Positions 10,129 through 17,751 are shown, numbered from the stretch's first letter. The stretch is 17,751 nucleotides of DNA from Thermodesulfobacteriota bacterium (GCA_041572575.1 JBFFSH010000052.1:1-17751), one strand, 5' to 3'. The notes: generated from the letters alone by a model not told the origin. Translations and numbers: made by a program.

Positions 10129-10911
10129 ATGTATAAACATTCTGAATTTACTAGATATTTGATTGTTACGAAGATTATTGCTTTGGTATTTTTAGGTTCT
10201 TTGGCTGTAAGAGCGGAGGAATTGGGACATTTTATAGTCCAGGGTGATATAAATTATAATGATTTCAATAACTTAGAGGCATTAAATAGTTATACCAAAG
10301 CTTATGAACTAGACCCAGAGAGTTTTGAAGTATTGATGAAACTTACCAGAGCCTGTAATGATGTAGGAGAAGATTTAAAAGAGGAAGGCTCAAAGGAGGC
10401 TGAAAGGTATTTTATAGATGCATTTCAATATTCCGAGAAAATGCGGGAATTGTTTCCCGAAAAAGCCGAAACCTACTTTTACCTAGCTGCAACCAGGGGG
10501 AATTTAGCCCTATTTAAGGGTGGTAAAGATAAGGTGAAGCTTGGAAGATATGTTGAAAGTTATGCTAAAAAGGCAATTGAAATCAACCCCGACTATGCCC
10601 CTGCCTATGTGGCTTTGGGTGTTTTTTACCGAGAAGTAGCAAACCTGAACTGGTTTTTGAAGAAATTTGCAAATGCATTTTTTGGCGGTCTTCCCGAAGG
10701 CACTAATGAAGATTTCTTAAAAGCGCTTATAAAAGCCGAGAAGTATCTTCCTGAAAGTGTGTATGTTCAGTTTGAACTTGGAAAGACTTTTAAAGAGATA
10801 GGTAATAAGGAAAAGATGGAATATCGTTTTAATAAAGCACTAAACCTTCCAAACACCGACCACAGGGATAAGTATTTCAAGAAGCATATAACAAAGTACC
10901 TTGAAGAGTAA
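10129..10911 (+). CDS. Exported TPR-like helical repeat protein
   Basis: Hydrophobic N-terminus ending in AVRA (signal peptide-like). TPR-like segments YTKAYELDPESFE, AKKAIEINPDYAPAYVALG, FELGKTFKEIG..FNKALNLP. Confidence 0.8.
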   Translation: MYKHSEFTRYLIVTKIIALVFLGSLAVRAEELGHFIVQGDINYNDFNNLEALNSYTKAYELDPESFEVLMKLTRACNDVGEDLKEEGSKEAERYFIDAFQYSEKMRELFPEKAETYFYLAATRGNLALFKGGKDKVKLGRYVESYAKKAIEINPDYAPAYVALGVFYREVANLNWFLKKFANAFFGGLPEGTNEDFLKALIKAEKYLPESVYVQFELGKTFKEIGNKEKMEYRFNKALNLPNTDHRDKYFKKHITKYLEE

Positions 10912-10935
10912 CTGTTAGAAAATCGTATGAAAAAA

Positions 10936-10980
10936 TGGCGGGCGATGGGGGATTCGAACCCTCGACTCCTGGCTCCGGAG
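10936..10980 (-). repeat. Duplicated 3' portion of tRNA-Arg(CCG) (att-like direct repeat, distal junction)
   Basis: 45 bp matching 14637-14681 at 43/45 (mismatches at 10962 and 10967). Spans from the first base of the anticodon loop to CCA; similarity stops abruptly on both sides. Confidence 0.95.
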
Positions 10981-11176
10981 ATCATTTTGAGCAATTTTCT
11001 AAGTATCTGCTAACATTCAATAGTTCTCTAAGTTCCTAAAATCATAAAAATTAAAATCTGAGCATATATTTATAATGAGTGCAATACATACATTCTGTTT
11101 ACAAATAACGTTTTCTTTAAATTAGGTCTTCGTTTATTAATTTCTAGTTACAGTTTGTCTTATCATTCATACTTTT

Positions 11177-13147
11177 TTAGAAACTGTTTTTATTGAGGAC
11201 ATCGTTTTTTTCAACATATCGCAGGACTGTCCAAACAAAAGCGGAATGACTCCAGGTAAGAGGTGAAACACAAAGAGGCAAACCGCTTACAGGATGTATC
11301 TGTTCGGCAAGTACACCAGAAGGAAGCGCATTTTTTCCGCACCATTCAAGATAGGGAAGGGTTGCATGAAGCTGTTCATGATTCTCTGCCTGATCAATAA
11401 AATATTCAGCTAACCAAAGAGTAGAGATAAACCATGGATTTCCAGGGATGTCTTTTGGGCTATCATCAGCGCGCTGATAGACATCACCCTGGTATCTGGC
11501 ACAACCTGTAACAGGAGTTTTAAGCCAAAGCTCCTCACGTACAGCCTTGGCTGTTTCAATCATTCGAGGATCTTTAGCATCAAAAACTCCGAGAGTCACC
11601 AGGCTTAACAGGCTGATATCAATAACTTCATCTAGTTTATAACCCCTATCTGTTCTGGTACCTGAACGTGCGAATCGCTTTAAGCCGTCATGGTAAAGGT
11701 GTTGACTGATCCCCTCCGTCAATTCATCTGCCACCGAGTCATACTTCTCAGCCAGGAAGGTGTCTTGAAAGAGTATTGCAAAATTCGCAGCGGCTCTGAG
11801 GCCGGCAATCACACATGATACAGTATAGGCATGCAGTGCATAACGCTCTTCCCAAAGATCATAAGAGGGTTGTGGCAGCAATGTTTGCGGGTCCCTGTAA
11901 CTAACTAAAAATTCAGCTATTTTTTTTATGAGTGTTTTGTACAGAGGCCTGATAAATTCTACATCATTCAAACTCTTATAGTGTATCCAAAGCGCCCAAA
12001 GTGTTAAAGCAGTTGAATCTTCCTGGATAGGCAGAACTTCTTTGCCATCGACCAACCAGGAATGCCAGTTGCTTGCAAGGGATCCATCGGGATTATAATG
12101 CTGGAACAAGTAGCCTTCGTCTGACAAAATACGTGCGCAAAAATTAAAATATTTCATGCATACATGAGAGTACCCTGCCTTCGCTAAAGCGGCTGCAACA
12201 AAAGCGCCGTCACGACCCCACATATACGAATAAGTATCCTTTCCAAATCGAATGATGTCAGAATCATTCGCTGCTATAATGGCACCGTTATTATCAATCT
12301 GGGTTCTTAATATGAGCAGGCTACGGTTATAAACATCGGTCACTGATTTGGGTAGGCTATCTAGCTGGAGCGAATCATTATGAACCCATGATTTCCAGTA
12401 TCTCGATGTGCGAACGATCAGTTGCTCAGGTGTTTTTTCATGGACTTCCAAGTTGAGCTTCGTAACTTCCGGATATGTTACTCCCGCCGCCATCCAATAA
12501 TATGCGGTTGCTTTCCCCATGGCTGGCAATTTCAGCCAAATTCCAATAGTGGAATGAGGCGAGCCCCATGCTGATGCCTCTCCGTTAAGCTCTCCACTAT
12601 TTGTTTCTGTAATGGTTTCTAAATTTCCTAAATGTTCTTTTCTCCCACAGCTGAAATGTTTCACGCCCCATTGTTCATGCGCCCAGCAGCTTATCAGAAA
12701 GTACCGGTGGATTTTGTAATGGATTATCGAGCAGCTCCGTGGGTCAAAGTAAGCCGTGCCACCTATATCATTTCCATATAAATTAAAGTCATGACTAAAA
12801 AAAAGTCGAACTTGACGCGCTTTGTCGGTGAGGTTCGATACATTAATTTTTTTGATATAGATGTTCAAATCTAAATCCACCACATCTGAGCATCGGAGTT
12901 CTAAACCCAAATCATCATTTTTTAAAACGACATCTGTTACAAGGCTATTATCATGATATCTTAAATCTTTTTTCCATTCAGGTCCCATCCGGGAATATTG
13001 TCCATCCGACCAAACTCCAAAACGAAAGGGGTGTCCGCCCGAATGGTTCTCCTGTCCGATAAAAGGAAAATAAATATCACGAATCTGATAATCCGAATCA
13101 AAATTCAATAGAAATGATCCGTTACTTACGGGAATGTCTTTTGGCAT
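11177..13147 (-). CDS. Glycoside hydrolase family 15 (glucoamylase / oligosaccharide amylase / trehalase-like)
   Basis: GAIIAA...YSYMWGRDG, YDLWEER (catalytic acid region), GNPWFISTLW, LAEQ...SPLTWSHSAF (catalytic base region). 656 aa, no signal peptide. Confidence 0.93.
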   Translation of the reverse strand: MPKDIPVSNGSFLLNFDSDYQIRDIYFPFIGQENHSGGHPFRFGVWSDGQYSRMGPEWKKDLRYHDNSLVTDVVLKNDDLGLELRCSDVVDLDLNIYIKKINVSNLTDKARQVRLFFSHDFNLYGNDIGGTAYFDPRSCSIIHYKIHRYFLISCWAHEQWGVKHFSCGRKEHLGNLETITETNSGELNGEASAWGSPHSTIGIWLKLPAMGKATAYYWMAAGVTYPEVTKLNLEVHEKTPEQLIVRTSRYWKSWVHNDSLQLDSLPKSVTDVYNRSLLILRTQIDNNGAIIAANDSDIIRFGKDTYSYMWGRDGAFVAAALAKAGYSHVCMKYFNFCARILSDEGYLFQHYNPDGSLASNWHSWLVDGKEVLPIQEDSTALTLWALWIHYKSLNDVEFIRPLYKTLIKKIAEFLVSYRDPQTLLPQPSYDLWEERYALHAYTVSCVIAGLRAAANFAILFQDTFLAEKYDSVADELTEGISQHLYHDGLKRFARSGTRTDRGYKLDEVIDISLLSLVTLGVFDAKDPRMIETAKAVREELWLKTPVTGCARYQGDVYQRADDSPKDIPGNPWFISTLWLAEYFIDQAENHEQLHATLPYLEWCGKNALPSGVLAEQIHPVSGLPLCVSPLTWSHSAFVWTVLRYVEKNDVLNKNSF

Positions 13148-13150
13148 AAG

Positions 13151-13156
13151 CTCCTT
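13151..13156 (-). promoter_or_regulatory. Shine-Dalgarno AAGGAG for the GH15 gene, overlapping the GT4 stop codon
   Basis: Minus strand TAAAGGAGCTTATG: GT4 stop TAA, then AGGAG, then GH15 ATG; 8-bp intergenic gap. Confidence 0.7.
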
Positions 13157-14322
13157 TAATGAATAATTTGATGATAAAGCTCAGAATATTTTTCGGCCAT
13201 AGAGGCGATTGAAAAATTATTTTTCACGTGTTTATGGCAGTCACCGGGATTTATAAGGTGAATCTTACTAACAGCCTCAGCCATGCCATCAACAGAATCC
13301 ACTATGAAGCCGGTTTCTCCATCAACAACAATTTCTGGCACCGAACCTTTGTTAAAAGCAAGCACCGGTGTGCCACATGCCATCGATTCAATAAGTACCA
13401 GCCCGAACGGTTCGCCCCATTGTATAGAAAAAAGCGTAGCCTGCGCGTGGCTATACCACTGTTTTTTCCGTACACTATCAACTTCTCCGATATAAATAAT
13501 CTGTTTATCGGAATCCAGAATAGGCTTCATTACTTTTTCATAATAATTGTCATTAAAGGGAGGTTTGCCCGCGTCAACAACAAGATCAATTGACTTTTTC
13601 AAACTTTTAAAAAAAGCCCTGTCTTTCGCTTTGTTTTGTATATTACCAGCAAGGATGAGACGTGAGCCAGTTTTCTTTGCGATCTCTATGGCTTTATCCT
13701 GTCCCTTATCTTGCGTGATTCTTCCAATCGAGAATAAATATTTATGTTTATCTGAACTACTCATATAGGGATAGTCTTCTACATCAATACCATGATGAAT
13801 GACATTCTGGGCATTTACTAAACCCTCATGCTGTTTACTCTGATATTCACTTATCGGTACAAAATAGACACCTGATGTAGAAATGAGCGACTCATTCCAG
13901 CGTTTGAACGGTCCTTTGTCTTCGGCAGGTACATGAAGAGTCATAACAATGGGGACAGGGCAATCAAGTACTCCATTAAAAATATATTCAACCATAATGG
14001 CATCATGCATGTGTATGATATCTATATCACCCTTCTTTGCCCTATCAAGCGATAGTAAGAGATGTTTACGCATGTTTTCACGCTGTATGCATGTATCTTT
14101 ACTCCAGTACTCACTGAAACTCTTCTCAATTGTAGTGAATTTTTCTCCGACAACACAGGAATCACCTGAACAGGCTACAATGGAACGATGTCCTAATTTA
14201 TGAAGTCCTTTGTCTATATTATAAATTACTGTTTCTATAGGACCGTAGCCCAAATCTTGTCTTATTGGCCGGTTTAGTGTAGCTACATGGAGCACATTTA
14301 TTTTTCCACTCTTTTTTGTCAT
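13156..14322 (-). CDS. Glycosyltransferase family 4 (GT-B fold, AviGT4-like subgroup)
   Basis: GYGPIE..GL..LGH N-terminus, DIIHMHD, IHHGIDV, GRITQDKG, W.EPFGLVLIESMACGTPV (EX7E), GSVPEIVVDGETGFIV. Confidence 0.94.
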   Translation of the reverse strand: MTKKSGKINVLHVATLNRPIRQDLGYGPIETVIYNIDKGLHKLGHRSIVACSGDSCVVGEKFTTIEKSFSEYWSKDTCIQRENMRKHLLLSLDRAKKGDIDIIHMHDAIMVEYIFNGVLDCPVPIVMTLHVPAEDKGPFKRWNESLISTSGVYFVPISEYQSKQHEGLVNAQNVIHHGIDVEDYPYMSSSDKHKYLFSIGRITQDKGQDKAIEIAKKTGSRLILAGNIQNKAKDRAFFKSLKKSIDLVVDAGKPPFNDNYYEKVMKPILDSDKQIIYIGEVDSVRKKQWYSHAQATLFSIQWGEPFGLVLIESMACGTPVLAFNKGSVPEIVVDGETGFIVDSVDGMAEAVSKIHLINPGDCHKHVKNNFSIASMAEKYSELYHQIIH

Positions 14323-14582
14323 GGTGTAATTTCAATAAAAATATAAGGACAGTAATCAGGCAAGTTTTTTTAACATAGCCTCCATAGAAGCATTAAGTAA
14401 TATTAAATTATTTAATACATTCCACGTTTTATAAGACAAATAAATAGAGTGTCATTAGGCAGGCTGCCAAATAATAGAGGGTAAATATACTGTACTTGGT
14501 AGGATCCTTCTATCTAAGTTATCATTATAATTATACCTTATAAGAAGGGTAAATACTATTTATATTAAATAGAGGATAGAAA

Positions 14583-14615
14583 ACCATTTATAAACCTTAT
14601 AAATGGTATAAATGG
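14583..14615. repeat. 10-bp perfect inverted repeat plus tandem 9-bp direct repeat just downstream of the tRNA
   Basis: ACCATTTATA (14583-14592), 5-nt loop, TATAAATGGT (14598-14607). TATAAATGG occurs twice in tandem (14598-14606, 14607-14615). Function uncertain (terminator or recombinase arm sites). Confidence 0.7.
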
Positions 14616-14636
14616 GGATGCTACCCTTTATTGGTT

Positions 14637-14713
14637 TGGCGGGCGATGGGGGATTCGAACCCCCGACCCCTGGCTCCGGAGGCCAGTGCTCTAATCCACT
14701 GAGCTAATCACCC
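14637..14713 (-). tRNA. tRNA-Arg, anticodon CCG, 77 nt, CCA encoded
   Basis: Minus strand GGGTGAT TA GCTC AGTGGATTA GAGC A CTGGC CTCCGGA GCCAG GGGTC GGGGG TTCGAAT CCCCC ATCGCCC G CCA folds into a complete cloverleaf. Confidence 0.98.
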
Positions 14714-15468
14714 GGTACTGGTAATTGTAACTCTTTTAGTACTATTTTCATATCTTCCCAGAGGGGTTTTTTGAAATTCGGGTTTCTCAAAAGTGCTGCA
14801 GGATGATATGTGACAAGAAGTTTGGAATTCTGATAGTCATGAAACTTTCCCCTGAGACTTCCGAGGCTTCCCTTATGGTTCAGTAAATACTTTGATGCAA
14901 TACTTCCAAGGCAGACAATTACTTCGGGGTTTATAGATATAAGCTGTTTAGTAAGAAACTGCCCGCATGTGGTCATTTCGTCTGCTTCGGGGTTTCTGTT
15001 ATCCGGTGGTCTGCATTTTACGACGTTGCAAATAAAGACATCTGTGCGCTGCAGGCCCATGGCGTGTATAATTTTAGTGAGCAGTTTTCCCGCTCTTCCA
15101 ACAAATGGTCTTCCCTGCTCGTCCTCATCCCTTCCGGGGCCTTCACCAACAAATACTAACCTGGCATTGGCATTGCCCTCACCAAAAACAATATTAGTTC
15201 TTCCCTCATGTAATTTGCACCTTGTACAATCGCCTATTTCTTCACTAATTTCATCCAATGTCATTTTTTCTGCTGTGCTATCGAGTAAGTTCATTTGATT
15301 AGTATTCTTTGGCATCTCTGTATCTCCTGCAGATTTGTTGGTTTCTTTTAATTGTTCAATTTGCTTATGTACAGTGTCTGCTTTTTCGGTTTTGTTAAAA
15401 TAAAACTCAACCCCAAGCTCTTTTTGCTGTTTAAAATATTTTATTAATTCTTCTCTTTTGCTGTCCAT
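14704..15468 (-). CDS. Uracil-DNA glycosylase family 4 ([4Fe-4S] type)
   Basis: CTRCKL, VFGEG, FVGEGPG..ED.QGRPFVGRAGKLL, CNVVKCRPP.NR.P, TYHPAALLRNP. Confidence 0.95.
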   Translation of the reverse strand: MDSKREELIKYFKQQKELGVEFYFNKTEKADTVHKQIEQLKETNKSAGDTEMPKNTNQMNLLDSTAEKMTLDEISEEIGDCTRCKLHEGRTNIVFGEGNANARLVFVGEGPGRDEDEQGRPFVGRAGKLLTKIIHAMGLQRTDVFICNVVKCRPPDNRNPEADEMTTCGQFLTKQLISINPEVIVCLGSIASKYLLNHKGSLGSLRGKFHDYQNSKLLVTYHPAALLRNPNFKKPLWEDMKIVLKELQLPVPGD

Positions 15469-15521
15469 AGTGTGTAATTGATAATATCACGTTTTGATAA
15501 TTAATTTAAATTTGATTACTG

Positions 15522-15550
15522 TTGAAAGTAGTATCAGCATTATTTAATAT
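15522..15550 (+). promoter_or_regulatory. Candidate sigma70 promoter for leuS
   Basis: TTGAAA (15522-15527), 17-bp spacer, TAATAT (15545-15550), 37 bp upstream of the leuS ATG. AT-rich context makes a chance match possible. Confidence 0.35.
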
Positions 15551-15587
15551 AAGCCATTCAAAATAATTATATGTCAGGGATCTGTTA

Positions 15588-17751
15588 ATGGAAGAAAATT
15601 ATAACCCACAGGAAATTGAAGCCAGGTGGCAAAAGGTCTGGGAAGAGGCTAAAACCTATGTAGCTACAGAGGATAGCCAAAAGGAGAAATACTATGTTTT
15701 AGAGATGTTTCCCTATCCATCCGGAAGGATTCATATGGGCCATGTGAGAAACTATACAATTGCCGATGTGATAGCCCGGTACAAAAGGACAATGGATTTA
15801 AATGTTCTTCACCCTATTGGATGGGATGCATTTGGTCTTCCTGCTGAAAATGCTGCAATTAAAAATAATCTACATCCAGCCAAATGGACTAAAGAAAATA
15901 TCTCCCAGATGAGGGAGCAGCTAAAGAGGATGGGTTTTAGTTATGACTGGACAAGAGAACTTGCAACATGCGACAGCTCTTACTACAGGTGGGAACAGCT
16001 TGTTTTTATTAAGATGTTCGAAAAGGGAATTGCATACAAAAAATCATCGCAGGTCAACTGGTGTCCGTCATGTGAGACTGTTCTTGCTAATGAGCAGGTA
16101 GAAGAGGGGCTTTGCTGGAGGTGTTCCAGTGAAGTGCAGCTTAAGGAGATGGACGGCTGGTTTTTTAAGATCACAGATTACGCAGAGGAACTTCTTGAAA
16201 GCATTAATTCACTAAAAGATGGCTGGCCCGAACGAGTACTACTTATGCAGCAAAACTGGATAGGTAAGAGCAGCGGGGCAGAGATAGATTTTCCACTAGA
16301 ATCGCCTCTGGATGATGTAAAGAGTCTGCCAATTTATACCACAAGGCCGGACACTCTTTTTGGAGTTACATATATGTGTATAGCTCCTGAGCACCCGCTT
16401 GTAGATAAACTTATAAACGGAAAAGAAAATGAAGATAAAGCCAGAGAATTTATTAGTAGAATAAAAAAGCAGAGCAATATTGAAAGGATTTCTGAGGGCG
16501 CTAATAAGGAGGGAGTGTTTACAGGCTCATACTGTATTAACCCCTTGAGTAATGAAAAAGTGCCAATTTATATAGCTAACTTTGTACTCATGGATTACGG
16601 AACGGGGATCATAATGTCAGTTCCCGCGCATGACCAGAGGGACTTTGAATTTGCAAAGCAGTACGACCTTCCAATTAAAGTTGTTATAAGTCCTCAAGAT
16701 AAAGAGGTTAAGTCAGATGATTTAGAAGAGGCTTTTGTTGATTCGGGGGTGATGGTTAATTCGTCACTGTTTGATGGTACTCCATCAAATGAAGGAAAAG
16801 AAAAAGTAATAAATTATTTAGAAGAAAACATTATTGGTACAAGACAGATAAACTACCGTTTAAGAGACTGGGGAATATCGAGACAGAGATACTGGGGTGC
16901 TCCTATACCGATGATAAATTGTGAGAAATGCGGCACTGTAGCAGTACCTGAAAAAGACCTGCCTGTAGAGCTTCCACTGGACATTGAATTTTCTGGTAAA
17001 GGGGGTTCTCCTCTTGAGAATATAGAAGAGTTTGTAAATGTGAAATGTCCCAAATGCGGCTCGGATGCCAAAAGAGAAACAGATACAATGGATACTTTTA
17101 TGGAATCCTCCTGGTACTTTATGAGATATGCATCGCCGAATTATGAAAAAGGGGTTTTTGATCCAGAAAAAGTAAAGTATTGGCTCTCCGTAGATCAGTA
17201 TATTGGCGGAATCGAACATGCGATTTTGCATTTGTTATATTCCAGATTTTTTACTAAGGTTTTAAGGGATTTGGGGTTTTCAGATATTGATGAGCCATTT
17301 AAGAATCTGCTTACTCAGGGAATGGTGATAAAAGACGGGGCAAAGATGTCTAAAAATATAGGCAATGTAGTTGACCCTGATGATATGATAATAAAATACG
17401 GCGCCGATACCGTAAGAGTATTTATGATGTTTGCCTCACCGGTGCAAAGAGACCTCGACTGGAGTGATGAAGGTGTCGAAGGATCATACAGATTCTTAAA
17501 CAGGGTCTGGAGAATTGTATGCGAAAATATTAATCTCCTGAAATCTAATGAGGATATAGTTACTAAACTGGATGGCCTGAGTAAGGGCGCAAAAGAGCTA
17601 AAAATCCAGATTCATAAAACAATAAAAAAAGTTACTGATGATCTGGAAAAATTTCAGTTTAATACATCTATAGCTGCTGTAATGGAACTGCTTAACTCGG
17701 TTTCAAAATTTGAGCCCGAATCGGATACAGATAAAAGTGTAATTTCAGAAG
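15588..17751 (+). CDS. leuS: Leucine--tRNA ligase; 3' end truncated by the window edge
   Basis: Not in the ORF track; read manually. [18 protein letters not shown]...[18 protein letters not shown] (15732-15743), [72 protein letters not shown] (17343-17357). Confidence 0.99.
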   Translation, partial: MEENYNPQEIEARWQKVWEEAKTYVATEDSQKEKYYVLEMFPYPSGRIHMGHVRNYTIADVIARYKRTMDLNVLHPIGWDAFGLPAENAAIKNNLHPAKWTKENISQMREQLKRMGFSYDWTRELATCDSSYYRWEQLVFIKMFEKGIAYKKSSQVNWCPSCETVLANEQVEEGLCWRCSSEVQLKEMDGWFFKITDYAEELLESINSLKDGWPERVLLMQQNWIGKSSGAEIDFPLESPLDDVKSLPIYTTRPDTLFGVTYMCIAPEHPLVDKLINGKENEDKAREFISRIKKQSNIERISEGANKEGVFTGSYCINPLSNEKVPIYIANFVLMDYGTGIIMSVPAHDQRDFEFAKQYDLPIKVVISPQDKEVKSDDLEEAFVDSGVMVNSSLFDGTPSNEGKEKVINYLEENIIGTRQINYRLRDWGISRQRYWGAPIPMINCEKCGTVAVPEKDLPVELPLDIEFSGKGGSPLENIEEFVNVKCPKCGSDAKRETDTMDTFMESSWYFMRYASPNYEKGVFDPEKVKYWLSVDQYIGGIEHAILHLLYSRFFTKVLRDLGFSDIDEPFKNLLTQGMVIKDGAKMSKNIGNVVDPDDMIIKYGADTVRVFMMFASPVQRDLDWSDEGVEGSYRFLNRVWRIVCENINLLKSNEDIVTKLDGLSKGAKELKIQIHKTIKKVTDDLEKFQFNTSIAAVMELLNSVSKFEPESDTDKSVISE

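Larger units (their letters stand above)
10936..14681. mobile_element. Genomic islet integrated at tRNA-Arg(CCG); 3701 bp between equivalent repeat positions; no integrase
   Basis: Flanked by the intact tRNA and a displaced 45-bp tRNA 3' fragment in the same orientation. Cargo is two co-oriented CDSs that look more GC-rich than the flanking genes by eye (not computed). Confidence 0.85.

Noticed and set aside
10936..10980. Second functional tRNA gene
   Set aside because: Lacks the 5' acceptor strand, D arm and 5' anticodon stem; it is only an att-like fragment.
10767..10994. 75-aa minus-strand ORF
   Set aside because: Reads through the tRNA fragment and antisense to the TPR gene; no recognisable motif.
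14356..14385. Small upstream ORF MEAMLKKLA in frame with GT4 (leader peptide or readthrough extension)
   Set aside because: GGAGG is only 2 nt from the ATG at 14376, two in-frame TGA stops separate it from the GT4 start, and no attenuator or recoding structure is evident.
13228..15298. Short plus-strand ORFs within the GT4 and UDG genes, including as possible integrase or excisionase remnants
   Set aside because: Fully antisense to supported genes; no tyrosine-recombinase or HTH-like motifs seen.
15983..17231. Short minus-strand ORFs in the ORF track
   Set aside because: Antisense to leuS, which occupies the plus strand from 15588 to the window end.
1..17751. CRISPR array, IS element, rRNA, toxin-antitoxin or known defence genes
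   Set aside because: No regularly spaced repeats, transposase motifs or such protein families were recognised; nearly all sequence is explained by the listed genes.

Overview
AT-rich bacterial chromosomal window, mostly housekeeping. On the minus strand, in transcription order: multi-PAS hybrid histidine kinase (preceded by a near-consensus sigma54 promoter), peptidase C26/PuuD-like amidotransferase, uvrA, uppP, a nucleoside phosphorylase-family gene and a signal-peptide-bearing TldD-family protease that runs off the left edge. A TPR-like exported protein lies on + at 10129-10911. On the right, a family-4 uracil-DNA glycosylase (-) diverges from leuS (+, runs off the right edge). The TldD and leuS CDSs were missing from the ORF track and were read by hand. 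Main accessory feature: a 3.7 kb islet integrated at tRNA-Arg(CCG) (14637-14713, -), bounded by a 45-bp duplicate of the tRNA 3' half (10936-10980, 43/45 identical). It carries only a GT4 glycosyltransferase and a GH15 glycoside hydrolase, with no integrase. The tRNA's first 10 nt also overlap the last codons and stop codon of the UDG gene. All calls are by-eye motif recognition; no database search or composition calculation was run.
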